Positions 1 to 16,119 of a DNA stretch of 64,000 nucleotides are shown here, piece by piece. Position numbers and translations under genes: made by a program. The notes beneath the pieces are model-generated. The model saw nothing but the letters and a program-made list of their open reading frames with translations, had not been told where the DNA came from and did not search any database. Every line of letters begins with the position of its first letter. Position 1 is the first letter of the stretch. The stretch comes from the human T2T-CHM13v2.0 reference genome, Homo sapiens: the NCBI RefSeq assembly GCF_009914755.1, contig NC_060928.1; one strand, written 5' to 3'.

Positions 1-754
1 ATTTTGGTCATTGTTATATAGAAATCTGTATATAGTGAGCACCCACCCATACCCATAGACTACTCTCCCCAAATACACTTTGCTACCTTTTGACAAAACT
101 TGAATGTTTTTGAATTTTTTTTGAATCTTTTAGACTTGGATTGGTGTTCTGTGGATATGATAGCATACAGAAATGGGCCAGAAGGCAGGATAATGAGGAA
201 CAAAGGAGTATTGATGGTGGTTTTTACCAAATCAAAAAGACATATAGATATTTCATGATTTGAACTTGTTGAAAATCACTGATGACATTTCTATCTTTTT
301 CTGGATTCTAATCCTAAACTCTTAAGGCTGAACCTGTGATCTACTTGGCATTGTTTTTGAAGACCTAGAATTTTAACCTTAGTGTAATGCTTATGCTTCA
401 TTAGTTGATAGAAGCTTCTCTGATACCAGTTGTGCCAAATATTAAGTTTCACTATACACAATAGCTGGTGTTATGCCTGTCATTGGAAGTAAATGAAGGA
501 CTGTGTGCTTTAAATATTACTAAAACTGTTCTAAATCCTCTAAAGAATAGGAAAACAATTGATTCATGTTCTTCAAAAGGATTTTAATGTAACTGCTGAT
601 TTGGTGATGAGCATACCCAAAATGTTTAGTTTGGGGAATGTGGTGTCAATTGGAATTCTTGAAACTACACTAGTATTATCCTATTACTGAGTCATTCCTT
701 TGAGGGTGGCTTAGAATTAAACCATCTTGGAAAGGAGAAGACATTATATCCTCT

Positions 755-960
755 TTCATTTATTTGTTCAACAAACATTAAATTGTTACTCTTATTGGGC
801 AGTGTGTTAGTTTTCATAGATACAACAATAAATAAGAACTCTCTTTGACTTCATGGATTATATTATCTATTGGAAAAGACAGATGTGTAAATAGATTATA
901 ATTACATGTTTCTGTGATAATGGTATACACATGTCATACATACTAAGAAGGAAGCATAGG
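755..960 (-). mobile_element. L2 (LINE-2) 3' end fragment, ancient
   Basis: ttcatttatttgttcaacaaacatt...gtgtgttag...aataagaactctctttgacttcatgga resembles the reverse complement of the L2 3' tail; highly diverged, boundaries approximate. Confidence 0.6.
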
Positions 961-1260
961 ACAATAATCTGAGAGTTGTTTTAACCTAAAAAGACTAATT
1001 GTCACAGGGAGGAAATCTGCATGGTGAGAATTGATGGGGTTGAAAATTTTGCAGTGAAGTATGAGGCAAGCTGTGTTTAAAAAGCAGAAATGTAATATGG
1101 AAGGTGAGATGATAAACCAGGAATGAGTGAAACCAGAGGATCATTACTTCAGTAATAAAATCTCTAGGGAAAACTAGGTTAAAGCTGGGGATGTTGTCTT
1201 CTGGAATTTAAGAATAGAAGTTAATGTATGAGTTCACATATATAACTCATATTCCAACTA

Positions 1261-1612
1261 TAGACGGTCCCTAACTTAAGATGGTTTCACTTAACAATAT
1301 TTCGACTTTATGATGGTGCGAAAGTGATACGAACTGAGTAGAAACCATACTTTGAACACCCACACAACCATTGTTTTCCACTTTCAGTACAGTATTTAAT
1401 AAATTGCATGAGCTATTCAAACGTTACTATAAAAGAGGCTTTGTGTTAGGTAATTTTGTCTAACTGTAGGCTAATGAGCATGTTTAGGTGTGCTTGGCTA
1501 AGCTCTATGGATGTTAGGTTAAAGGTTGTATATATCAAATGCATTTCCAACTTAGATATTTTCAACTTAATGGTGAGTTTATCAGGGCACAACCCAATCA
1601 TAAGGAGCATAC
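1261..1612. mobile_element. MER47A/Tigger5-type TcMar-Tigger MITE
   Basis: Follows the recalled MER47A consensus along ~350 bp (agacggtccctaacttaagatgg...ttttccactttcagtacagtatttaataaattgcatgag...aacccaatcataaggagcat). Confidence 0.8.
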
Positions 1613-2711
1613 TTTAGTGTTGTGTAATAGCAACACTAAAATAGTGACATAGAGTAAAAAAGTAGGTACATGGTCTTAGATAAGACAGTATACCATATAC
1701 TTGACATAATTTTTTTTGGAAATAGCACCCTCAAGGAGGTATTTTGTTTATATTATTAAAAGCTTATAGCATTTAAAAATTAATTAAGGGGAGAATAATT
1801 ATCAGATTTTTACTCTTTAGCTAATGTCATTCGTATAATAAAATGCCTATATAAGTTTAAGGAGTATAATTCAATTAAGCCTTCTTTCTGTGGTTTTGAA
1901 AATAATTTTTACAATGATAATCAGCTGCAGCAAAAACAGATCTAAGGCAAAAATACCAAATTGTATTAGAATAGTCAAATTTCAGATATTTTTATTGCAA
2001 ATGTTAAAAGAGTTTCAAATATCAGCTTTAAAAACTTATGTAAAAGCTCATTGTATACTAATGTGATTTAAATAATATATAATTAACCTACATAGGTTGT
2101 GTAATTAATTTACCAGTATTTAAATAATTTAGGATGATAATATTCTAGAACTGAGGCTGTGTCTTTTTTTAGTTTCTTTTAAAATATCATATTTTTAATT
2201 CTTGAGATAATTGCTTGTTGGAAGTATCAATTTAGTGAAATTCTTTAATCAAGCGTAAGTTTATGTTATATCATCTTCTTATGTGTATTGTTTATTATAA
2301 TTGATTGTAACATAAGTGACTTCACCTTGCATTAGCCAGATAAAATAAAATTCAGCAATGTAATTTTGGATTTCCACATTTCTATGTTAAAGTACTTAAA
2401 AACTCAAACTCAAGAAGTTACAAAGGTGTTAAATATTAAAGTATCAAGAAATTAGCAATTTAAAAATATCTGTGTCTCATTTTAAGCATATAGTTACATC
2501 CTAAATATATTTTTCATTTACAACTGTTAGAAATGAGTTAATTTTAAGGATACTACTACCAGGGTAAAAATACAGATTGAATTTAAGAAATTTATAAGAA
2601 TATTGTCAATAAAGTTGTACATTTTCATTCTATCCATGGCTAAAGAAAGATTATCCACACAATCATACGTAGTCATTAATACAGAAAGATGGGAAAGATG
2701 GTTTGGGACAA

Positions 2712-4802
<2,091 letters not shown>

Positions 4803-5720
4803 GACCATTTGAAATGAGATATGAGAAAACCAATTTACTCTCAGAAAGAAATAGAATATCATTTGAAAACTTGTGAAACTGCTATAAACCATCATGTTAC
4901 TGAAATGCATTCATTTTAAAGGTCTCTCTGTACCACAAAAACGGTTTTAATGTGGAGCATATGAACAGCTTCTTCCATTCTCACTACATGCTTAATGTTT
5001 CTTGTTCCTCATTAGTTAGCCTTTGTCTACATTCTTTAATTGTGGATTTCTATGGGTGTTAATCACTGGGTTACTACATGTACTTATCTAGTGTCCCTCT
5101 CACGTTTTATTCTTAGTTCTAGGCATAAACCTTTTCATGCCATTTTCCAGGCTTAGGCTTCTATGATAATACACGTATCCTGGACCTCCTTCCCTTTCTT
5201 CTTTTCCCCATCCTCCCTTTTCTATCTGTCCTTAGGTGTTCTTATGTCACCTAGATAGATAATTCCTCTAGCCTCCACTCTGGTTCAGATCTTCTGATTT
5301 CCTTATTCATTTATTGGTTTCTCTAAAAGTTTCCAAATGTTCTTAAAGTCCCAGCATCTTGACTCCTATGCAATCATCTACCCATTATATACACACTACT
5401 GAAATATATCTATTACCAGGCAAAGGTGGCCAGAACGTCTCTTGAAGGCAGATAGTATATCTACAAATAATTTGCCTCATGCTATTGTTTCTATCTTAGA
5501 AATTAGATTTCTATAGAAATGGTACTTGGGCATCCAAACAGATTCAACACCTTCTTTTATATCACAGATAATATGTATATTGTTTTTACTGTTTTTGTTA
5601 AAGGAACCTTGAAATATCTTTTAATTCTCGAACACTTTACCTACCTAACAGCTAACCTTTTTTTTTTTTTACTGTATTTTACCCTTTGCCTAGCAATAAA
5701 CTCAACAATTTAAAAATATT

Positions 5721-6410
5721 TCTGATTTATTCTAATTATATTTTTCACCAGTTAACCATCGCCCCCTAGCCACTCTCCACTACCCTTCCCAGTCTCTGGT
5801 AACCATTCTGCTACTCTCTATCTTCATGAGTTCATTTTTTTTTAGCACCCACAAATAGATGAGAACATATGAAATTTATCTTTCTGTGCCTGGCTTATTT
5901 CATTTAACATAATGACCTCTAGTTCCGTCCATGTTTTTGCAAATGACAGGATCTCATTCTTTTTTATGGCTGAATAGTATTCCATTGTATATATGTACTA
6001 TATTTTCTTTATTCATCTTTTGATGGACATTTAGTTTGCTTACAAATCTTGTCTATTGTGAATAGTACTGCAATAAACATGGGAGTGCAGATATCTCTTT
6101 GACATACTGATTTCCTTTCTTCTGAGTATGTAGCTAGCAGTGGGATTGCTGGATCATATGGTAGCTCAATTTCTAGTATTTGATAGCACAACAGTGTGAT
6201 TATAGTCAATAATAATTTATTATACATTTAAAAACAACTGAAAGAATATAATTAGATTGTAACTCAAAGACAGGATAAATGCTTGAGGTGATGGATACCG
6301 AATTGCCTCTATTGTGACTTTTATGCATTTATGCCTGTTTCAAAAGATCTCATGTACCCCATAAATATATACACTTAATATGTATCCCCAAAAATTAAAA
6401 ATTAAAAAAA
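5721..6410 (+). mobile_element. L1MA-type LINE-1 3' end with 5' inversion (inverted segment ~5721-6177 on -, direct segment ~6173-6410 on +)
   Basis: Minus ORF LEIELPYDPAIPLL (ORF2 C-terminus) joined at ctagt to the + strand L1MA 3'UTR ending aaaaattaaaaattaaaaaaaa. Confidence 0.85.
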
Positions 6411-7244
6411 AGTCTTGTGGGCAGAAATGTAAAAAAAAAAATAAAATACAGGAATATATTTTAAAAATTTCTTATTTGCATCAATTTAAAGGACACAAGT
6501 GTAAAAAATTTATACTAAGAGAATTTTCAGTGTCCTTTGAGGGTTTGTCAAACTAAAATCTTAAAAATGTTATTAAGACGTTCCTACTTAAATCTAACCT
6601 AAATATTTATTGTGCCAAACTGCCCACATGAAAACAGAATAAATATTTGTGATGTAAAGTAACCATTTACTACTATTAAATCTTGTCTCAGCTTTGTTTT
6701 TGCCTATTATATATCATTTACTTAAAAACCTTTTAATCACACCCTGATTAATTTGGATTGGTTTTTGTAATCTGACAGTGTAACTTCCAAATAATAAAGA
6801 TGTTTTAAGTTAAAAACACTTTAGAAGTTTTTCTTCACTTAGAAACACATTCCACTGTGTAAGTCCCTTGAAGTCAGTTATAATTATTACAGTCTGTGGG
6901 GATTAGTATATTGTAAGGAGATTACTGGGCTTCTTTACTTAGCAGCACAATGAGCAACGGTGTACCCTGAGCACACAGAGCGGTAAACATTGGAATTGTA
7001 CAGTTAAAAGAGTTCTGCATAAACATGCTATGTTCCAGCACCCGCTTAAAAAGAAATCAGCCTGAAACCAATAAATTTCTGTTGAGTACTACTCTGTATA
7101 TATTATTTGCTATAAGGGCTAGAAAGTAAAGAAATATAAGACATGATTTCCAGGCTCAAGAATACTGCAGTTGTTTACGAGGAAGGGCTGTGTTCCTGTT
7201 GTAAACATTTCATACAATAATCTTATTCATATCACTATTTTTAT

Positions 7245-7360
7245 AACACAGGGAAAGAAATTGAGAATCAGAGAAGTCAGATAATTGCCCAGGTTCTGTA
7301 GGTGGGAAGTGTAAGAGTTGGAATTCAAATTTTTCTCTCTGGGTGAAAAGGCCATGCTCT
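7245..7360 (-). mobile_element. MIR fragment
   Basis: gaaattgagaatcagagaagtcagataattgcccaggttc...ggaattcaaa resembles the reverse-complement MIR core. Confidence 0.6.
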
Positions 7361-7744
7361 TTGCTCATGTCAAATCCGCTGGATGGAAAAGATGATCACA
7401 CATGCAGTAACACTGAACACTTACGTGATGATGACTTCCATTGTGAGTATTGTCTATAGTTACTCTAGAAAAACTCAGAGATTGTTAAAGTAACCTATAA
7501 ATGCTTCATAGAGGAGTTAAGAATTGAGTTGTATTTTGAATCAGAATAGGATAAAGATATACCCAGAGAAAGTTGAAATAAAAGAGCAGGAGTTAGTGCA
7601 AAGGCATGCAAATAGAAATAGTATGTATATTTCAAATGTGGAAGAAAATAAATTTTGTCAGTTTACCGTAGAAAGATTCTTTTAGTAATAGCTTGGAAAT
7701 AAGACTAGATAAGGCATAATTGTATAAGCTACACTGATTGATCA

Positions 7745-7972
7745 TGTACTAGTTATTGATATTGGTAAGTAATTTAAATATACTAATTCATTTAATCTGA
7801 ATAACAACCATATCAGAAGTATAGTATAATTAATTTCATTTTATTATGCAGAAATGGATTGTGCAGAGAGAGTAAACAGCTTTTCCCAAGATTTTACAAC
7901 TAGTAAGTGGAAAATTGAATTCAAATTCAGGTATTCTAGCTCTAGATCCTGTACTCTTAACCACTATACTAT
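7745..7972 (-). mobile_element. MIR
   Basis: catttaatctgaataacaacc...cagagagagtaaacagcttttcccaag...ctagtaagtgg...tactcttaaccactatact, reverse-complement MIR. Confidence 0.75.
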
Positions 7973-9574
7973 CCATTCCTCTGGGAAAATGAGACAATAT
8001 TGCATGCAACCTTGAAAGTCATGCGTACTAGCTACGTTTGAAATAGTAAAATGAAATAGTGACCTAGGATTGAAACAATATGTGTGCCTGGTGGTATGGC
8101 TGGAGTTAGGTAGTGGTTGGTGTGCAGTAGGACTGGAGAGTAGGATTGTAAAATCTGCAATAATTTGTGATTGATTTTAAATATTAAGGTGAGGTAAATG
8201 TTAAAAATTTTATGGAGTTTTAGATTCTGGTGATTGGGATAGTGCTAGTATCAATTACAGATAGATAAGACCCTATTTGGCAGGGAAAGTGGCGATTTCA
8301 GTTTTTTCATGCTGAACTTGAGCCAACTGTGATACATCAAGATGTTGATACCCAGAAGATGTATCTTAGAATACAGGACAGACAATCTGCTGAGGATCAC
8401 AGAAATTAAGATATCAATTTAAAAGTAATACAGTATAGTAAATTTAATAATTATTTGAGTGTAAAATATTGCTGAAGAAGTGCTACCAAAAGTGAGTTTC
8501 ATGGGCCATTGTGGTCCACGAATTGTTTCTGGTTAGAATTAAGAGTAATTCATGTTTGTTATATGAAAGTATTGATCTGCAATTGTGTTTTTTTTCAAAA
8601 AAAAAAATGATTCTTCAGGATAAATATTTCAAGAAGCATTGTTCTAAATGGTTACATTCCTTTGCTGTAATGACCAGACAGTATCAAGGTCTCCCAAACA
8701 AATTGAGGCATTTTCCAGCATTTCAGGATTAAGCTCAATTGAATTGACTTTATTCACTTTTGTCTCCTTCAGCACCACCTCCCAGATAAGTAGGAGCCTG
8801 GGTCAGTGATCTTGTCCTAGAGTCTCAGACAAGTACTAGGACAGAGCATTACTTTCCTGTAATATGTGATTAAGGTGAGCAATCCAAGAGGCGGAATCCT
8901 GTAATGAAATCAAAGTCAGTTCAGACAAACCATCTATCTCACTATCATCAATCCAGAAATGCTAGGCACAAGTTTAAGGGTTAAAAGTGAAGAATAAGAA
9001 AACAATCATTTTCTCCTGGCTTGAGAAAACATTTAAGGTCATCTTCATAGGTCACTTAAGAGTGGCTGGCTGTGATCAGTTATGGATTATTTAGGAGCAT
9101 TGATTGGACTTGTATAATTATAGCCTGGCAGACATCACATCTGATTAACTCAGCCTTACCATGGAGATGACTTAGTTTATATTTTTTAAATTGTACCTGT
9201 ACCATTTCAGTACTTCCTGAGAATTCTCAGCCTATTTTGTAGGATTTATTTTCTTCTTATCCAAGTCAGAAACAATCTACCTACATGATTAAACTATGTC
9301 CCTTGGTCAGTGAAACTGATAGGTTTGTTAAATACATAAAATCACTTTAATTTTGAGTAAGAAGGCAAGAAGAGGTGGGTACAGAGAATGTCTTCTAATA
9401 AGGAATTATTATTAGAAGGATTATGATCTGAGATGCCTAAAAAGTCAAAAACTCTGAAGTATAAGGAATATAAATATAACAAGAAAAATCTGTATATACC
9501 AGGAGTTTACAACTAGTTTAAAGTGTAAAGCATACAAAAAGTTTATAATTAAAAATATAAGCAAATGCCATTTA

Positions 9575-11040
9575 TTTGATGGAGTAACAGGGATCAGATC
9601 TGACCTTCCACTGTAAACAGCAAAACATGAACAAAATATATAAAGCTCTAATTTTTAAGGCACTGGAACACTGGAATCAGCCAACAAAGAACAATGGATC
9701 GTAAAAATTGGAGAATAAATGAAGTAAGCCTTATGATTTTCTCAGGTTAGTGCCTTGAGAGTTTCTATGTCTCAATGCACAGATGGAAACTCAGGTGAAC
9801 CCTGGTGGATTCTCTGTAATGAGGAGACAGAGCTGAGAGTTTGGCAAGACTACAGCAGCAAGAAATTGCAATACAGAGTACCGAGGAAGGAAGAGCTGCA
9901 CTCGAAGAATGCTGACATGTGCAGAGGATCCCCTTTAGGTATTCTGCTGAATACTAAGTAGCACATGTATGTGAGGAAACTGCCTGAGGCCTGAAAAAGA
10001 AATTTCTAAAATGAGTAGAGGTGACAAGTGACTCACACAGGGCTAGAAATAGTACCTATTCCCACAAGTGGCAAACCTATTAGAGAAGTTACAATTAAAA
10101 AGATTGATTGTATCAAGTGTCGAGAATGTGGAGCAACTGGAATCCTCATACACTGCTGGTGGGAATGTAAAATGGTGCAAGCACTTTGGAATGCAACTTT
10201 TCAGGTTCTTAAAAAGCCAGACATGTACCTTCTACCTATGACCTAGCTATTCCAAACACAGGTATTTACCCAAGATAAGTGAAAGCATGTATTTATCCAA
10301 AGACTCAGACATTTGTATTCATAGCAGTTTTATTTGTAAGAGCCAGAAACTGGTAACAAACCGAGTGCCCATCAACAGGTGGATGGGTAAATAAACTGTG
10401 GTATGTCCACAATGGAATAATACTAAATGATATAAGGAAATGAGCCACTGATACAGGCTACAACATGGGTGAATGTCAAACTAGTTATGCTGAGTGAAAG
10501 GGGCTAGATGAAATTACTTCATAATGTATTCAATTTTTATACAATTCTAGAAAATGCAACTAATTTATGATGATAGAAAGCCAATCAGTGGTTCCATGAA
10601 GAAGGGGTAAGATGTATGCTGGCCGGAAAAGATGGGAAGGAGAAATTAAATAAAGAATTGAGAAACCTTTAGAGTTGATAGGTATGTTCATTTTCTTGAT
10701 TGTGGTGATGGTTTCACAGGTGCCTATACAGATTGGCTATCCCTAATCCAATAATCCAGAATAAGAAATACTCCAAAATCCAAAACTTTTTGAGCGCCGA
10801 TCTGACACACAATAAAAGTTTATTGGCACATTTTGAATTTTGGATTTTTGGATTATACCAGGAAGTAGAATGCAAATATTAAAAAATCTGAAATATTCCA
10901 AAATCCAAAATACCTTTTATCCCAAATATTTTGGATAATGCATTCTCAACCTGTATATGTAAAATCTTATCAGTTACCATTTACAATTTTTAAAAGTACA
11001 GCTTATTGTAGGTCAGTTATCTGTCAAGAATTTAAAAATG
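9575..11040 (+). mobile_element. Ancient L1ME element: 5'UTR-like segment (~9575-10078) joined directly to ORF2 end/3'UTR (~10075-11040), interrupted by Tigger4a
   Basis: gatggagtaacagggatcag...gaggagacagagctgagagt...tgtgaggaaactgcctgagg resembles an L1ME 5' end; gaatgtggagcaactggaatcctcatacactgctggtgggaatgtaaaatgg (LIHCWWECKMVQ) is the ORF2 C-terminus. Confidence 0.75.
10729..10953. mobile_element. Tigger4a (MER46A/Zombi) MITE nested in L1ME
   Basis: TIRs cagattggctatccctaatcc / ggataatgcattctcaacctg, TA target duplications, internal aatccaaaa repeats. Confidence 0.85.
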
Positions 11041-13140
11041 AATATGAGTGAATGATACTTGCGAAGTGAAGGATAGATATAGTAAGTGCAGTAGCTACTC
11101 AGAAGAGTGTGAGAGAGAAATAGAGAATTAGGAATCATGTTCAGTTAAGAAAATGTATATAAACAAAATGGGAGATATATTAGAGCTTAACAGTAAACAT
11201 TTAGACAGGTTGATGTAAGATGAATGGAGGTGGGTATGGTATCAATAGAGTCATCAAGGGGAAAAATTGTAGGATTTTCATAAAATGAAAAAGCTGTGAT
11301 CTTAAATAGAGTGATCTCAAGTTTTGGAAAGGGGTGGACAAGAGGGCATGATAGTTGGGAACTTTTAAATGACAGGTTAAGACGTCTTGGCAGTATCTGT
11401 GGAGTAAGGATGCTTAATGGTCAGAATAGATGAGTGACAAGCTCTGTGTGAAGGAGCTTGATGCCAGAAGAGCAGAGAGCACCAAACAGTCTTCAGAAGC
11501 ACTCAGGTCAAGTGAATTCAGGAAAAAGAGTTATAAACGTTGAAAACAATTAGTCATCATAGTATCAGACAGGCTAATTTGTAGAAGAGCTTTAGACACA
11601 GGATACAGTTTTTGCAACTTCCGCAGAGAAGGCCTGGAGAAGAGGAGGAATGAAAGGACAGACCATGGCTTGTCAATGAGATGTTGTTTTCTGAAATAAA
11701 CATAGTGAATAGGTCTCTACTGGAAACAGTATTGAACATACCCACTTATTAAGAGGCCTTCTAACAAAGTGCACAGAGAAAAGAATCCCCTGTTGAGGTT
11801 GCTGATTTCCTATGAGGGATATTTTTGGAGAGCAAATTTGGTCTGATACTGATACTTTTTTTTTCCCATAAGAGTTGTCTTACTTTTGGACCACCTGTCG
11901 ATATCCAGAAACTCTGAAGATTCCCGGAACCATTCCAAGTATTATTGATAGTGTGATAGGTCCAAAATTTTGACATTTTAAAACTTCAGAACGAGGAGCA
12001 TTTTGGAGACCTTAAATTCAGGAGGGACCTTCTAGGAGGCCTGCATTTTTCCTTTTGTGTTTTAGAGGAAACCAGGAAATTCTGAAGAGTATAATAAATC
12101 AATATGTAGTTTAGACATCTGTGTTATTCTCTGGGTACAGATTAGTTAGGCTGTTGCAAGTCATATTCCCCTATTTCACATTAGAACAACCTGCTGTTGG
12201 TACATGAGTTAGCATTACACTATGAGCAAAACATGAGCAGAGGAATTGCAAAGTTGTATTGGTCCTTGAAGCAATGAATCAGAGCTAAAGTGACAGACTT
12301 TACCAGCAGCATATTAAAAAATGCCCTCTTGTAAAATTTACCATGATTATTTTCAGACAAACTGTGCATCCAGGACACATGGATGATGACAAGATCATGA
12401 ACATTATCTCTGAATATGAAAGGCATGATGTGCGCAACTATCAAAGTGCAGTTCATTTTAGAATAAGTGGTATTTTCATGTAGTTGCAGGGCAAGACAGG
12501 AAAAAATAGTTTATAAAGGGAATGAAGTTGTGGATCTCTGACAGCTGATCTTTTCAATCTATGTGAAAATACCAGTTGTAGCAGCAATGGCAACAAAAAC
12601 TACTGATTTCTCTTTTTATTTGAAAGATTCCTTAGACACTTTAAGCGGTTTTACCATAGGATAAATGGACTATGCTTTCTGCTTCATCTTCAGGTCTCCA
12701 ATTAGGGGTGGGTTGCCCCTGTTTGAGGAGTCAGTATGTGGGGAATACTATTGATGGCGTACACTTAGAGACTGACCTTCTGAATACCTTGTAGGTCTTA
12801 TCAAAGTAGTCACTGAAATTCATCCATTTTATAATTTTTCTTATGTTTCTTTTTGCATGAACCTCCTCAAGTCATCACCCACTGCCCCAGAAAAAATCAC
12901 TCTGATGTTGGAGGCTAAATTCATCATTGCATTTGTAAGCCTAGAATCAAGGGAGTTATTACTGCTTTTCTTCACAAGACTAGCTCTTTCATATGCGTTT
13001 TCCGTGTATACAAAATGCCTAAACCATTTAAGCAGTATCTCATAGCAAGTGACAAAATATGTTCTGTTTGAAGCACGATGCACAGCTCTGGTTGTTTTGG
13101 GCCTGCTTTATTTACATGTTCAGAGTAAGCCTGGCAAATA

Positions 13141-13336
13141 CAGGTTGAATGTCCCTAATCTGAAATCCAAAGTGCTCCAAAATCCAAAATTTTGAGTGCC
13201 CACATGATACTCAGAGAAGTATTTCAGATTTTGGATTTTCAGATGTTCAACCAGAAAGTATATTGGAAATATTCAAAAATCCGAAATCCAAAACATTTCT
13301 GGTCTCAAGCATTTTGGATAAGGGATACACAACCTA
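13141..13336. mobile_element. Tigger4a (MER46A) MITE
   Basis: TIRs caggttgaatgtccctaatc / gataagggatacacaaccta; same internal sequence as the 10729 copy. Confidence 0.85.
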
Positions 13337-14640
13337 GGCATTGCATTGATTGCCTAAATGGAAATCTGGAGCTATTAAAATTTTTGGAATGCATTAGTTT
13401 ACTTTGAAAGTAAAAATTGTTGTAGTGTGCTCAAGCCTAAACTGCAGCAAATTAATATAATCAAATGAATTTAGAGCATAAACAAAGTATTCCTAGGATT
13501 TTTCAGAGTTGGAATTTCATGGTTGCTTTTGGCTTTAAAATGAAGCTTATTGAAATTATAGTAAAAATACAGTAACAGGGAAAAATTAAACAGTTTTGGT
13601 AAATGGAAACAATTTGTCTCTGATATAATTTTTTTTTCTATTTCTGTTACTCTCTCCCATTTTTAGGGCAGTATTTTAACCACATACTTTTATATTGGCT
13701 TTTTTTTGAAAGATCAAATATTTGATGTTAATTTTTGTTTGAAGTTGTGAAGGCTTTGCTGGAAAACTCGAAGTTCCAAATGTGACATTTATTATATTAT
13801 TATGTGCCCTTACTAGGGAAAATTGAATATAAATAAGTGTTAATGAGCGTGCTGGTTGTCTTATAAGGAATAATTCATTAGAATTCGGTATATGAGAAAA
13901 GCAGGTGGGGAGATGATAAACCATACCACATGAATATGCTGGACTTTTGAAATGACAACAATAGTAAGGGAACAATAGTACATTCTTGAAAGATAATTGT
14001 AATTCTTTCAAGGCTCATGAACTGATCATTTTGCTCCTAAGGCGAGAAGTTTGTGGTGATTAAATTATGGACATATAAAGCATGTTCATATTTTTCAATA
14101 AAATTCTATATGATATGCTCCGCAAATGTGGAATTGTTTTGGTGGATGAATAAATATTAATCTTTGGAAGTGGCTAAATAAACATTGAATGTCCAAGGTG
14201 ATTTTTTTCACCATTTATCCTAAAGGAGAAACTTACTCATACATATATGCACAAAAACACACACCATACATCCTCAGGGAGATTGTTTTTTGGTTTCTGG
14301 AGATCATCAGACTTCTGGTGATGCTGGTGTAGGAAGTGATTCTAGTTAGTTTTATATAGCTGTTGCTTTATATTGTAAATAAAATAGTACTCTGGGACAC
14401 TGGAGGAACAATTAGATCAAGTAAAATCAGTTTTCTTTGGTCGAAGAAAATAATTGAGTGAAAGCTCTTGATATTGTGTGTTTAAGAAGGAAAATGTAAA
14501 GTTAAGAAGAAAATGGATATAGCCCAGAGATAACCTAAGGATAGGATATGGAATACATAGGTAATATGGCAGGAATGGAGAGTTATCTAACTGCATGTCC
14601 TCATGTCTCCAACATGTGCAAGATATTTTCCGAAGTATAA

Positions 14641-14928
14641 TTTTTTTTTAATTTATTTTTTAGAGACAGGGTCTCACTCTCTGTAGCCTAGGCTGGAGTG
14701 CAGTGGTATAATCCTAGCTCACCTCAAACTCCTGGGATCCTCCTGCCTCAGTCTCTAGAGTAGCTATAGGATTATAGTTGTGCACCACCATGCCCAGCTA
14801 ATTTGAAAATAAATTTTGTACAGAGAGGGTCTTGCTGTTTTGCCCAGGCTGGTCTCAAACTTCTGGCCTCAAGAGATCCTCTCAATTTGGCCTCCCAAAG
14901 CCTTGGGATTACAGGCGTGAGCCATCAC
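14641..14928 (-). mobile_element. AluJ-like SINE with small internal deletions
   Basis: polyT, gagacagggtctcactc...ggctggagtgcagtgg, middle A/T linker, cctcccaaag...gggattacaggcgtgagcca. Confidence 0.93.
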
Positions 14929-15516
14929 TAAAAATATTTTAACAGTTTCCTCGAGTGGTTCTAGTTGTGGATGTCCAGTAACTTAACTTGTTTTTACACA
15001 ATCTGATGCTTTTATTAGAAAGTATTTCCTGAATGCTTAACATAATTTCCCTTTACTCAATTAAACTGTACCATTTCTAGCTGGTGTAATTACAAACATA
15101 CTTAAGAACCTTTCATGGTTTTGTTTCTATGCGGATTTGGAACTTTCATGGTTTTGTGCCTATGGCCTCTTTAAAAAATATAGGACATATCTAAAATGAA
15201 TAAGCAATAAGTAAGGAAAGTTGAAGCACTCCTAATGTATGATAGGACAGAAAAGACAAAGATTAAAAAATAGACTAAATTTTCTTATGGCTATAAACCT
15301 TTTTCCTATAAACGTATTTGATTTTGTAAAACAGGGAAGTTGTTGGAGTTTGATGTATGTATTGCTTATGTAGTTATATATATATATATATAAATTATAT
15401 TTTGCTTTTGTTATGTTTAGTGGAGAAACGATAACTAAAGATAATTTTTAGGCATTTTTTAAGACTTCTAACTGCAGACAGTTTTTTAGAGTTGGAACAA
15501 ACTTTCTGAAGTATCA

Positions 15517-15855
<339 letters not shown>

Positions 15856-16119
15856 TTATCTCCTGTCTAAAACTCTTCCCTCTGTGACTTCATTATTATG
15901 GATGAGCCACCTTCTTAAAAATCCTATTTTGAATCACAGAATTAGCATATTCTCTCAGTCATCTACCCTCTCACCATCTTATGAATAAGTATCACTCCTG
16001 TTAAGGCTTGAAAAACTGAGACAGGGAATACCTGTATATAGATATTCAGTAAATATTTCATGGCTTCGACAACAAATAACACTTCAAAATGAACATCATA
16101 ATGTAAAAGGCATGTTGTT

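Noticed and set aside
100-260. Acceptor-like ttttttttgaatcttttag| at 133 followed by ~40-codon open frames
   Set aside because: No recognisable peptide and no convincing donor; cannot be supported as an exon without transcript data
597-694. C-box (gtgatga, 604) and D-box (ctga, 687) at snoRNA-like spacing
   Set aside because: Terminal stem is weak, no clear C'/D' boxes and no recognisable rRNA/snRNA guide; expected by chance
11400-13140. Repeat-free stretch with several 60-80 aa ORFs, considered as a processed pseudogene or endogenous viral element
   Set aside because: The frames I translated have frequent stops with no recognisable motif, polyA or TSD; a BLASTX/HMM search would be needed to revive it
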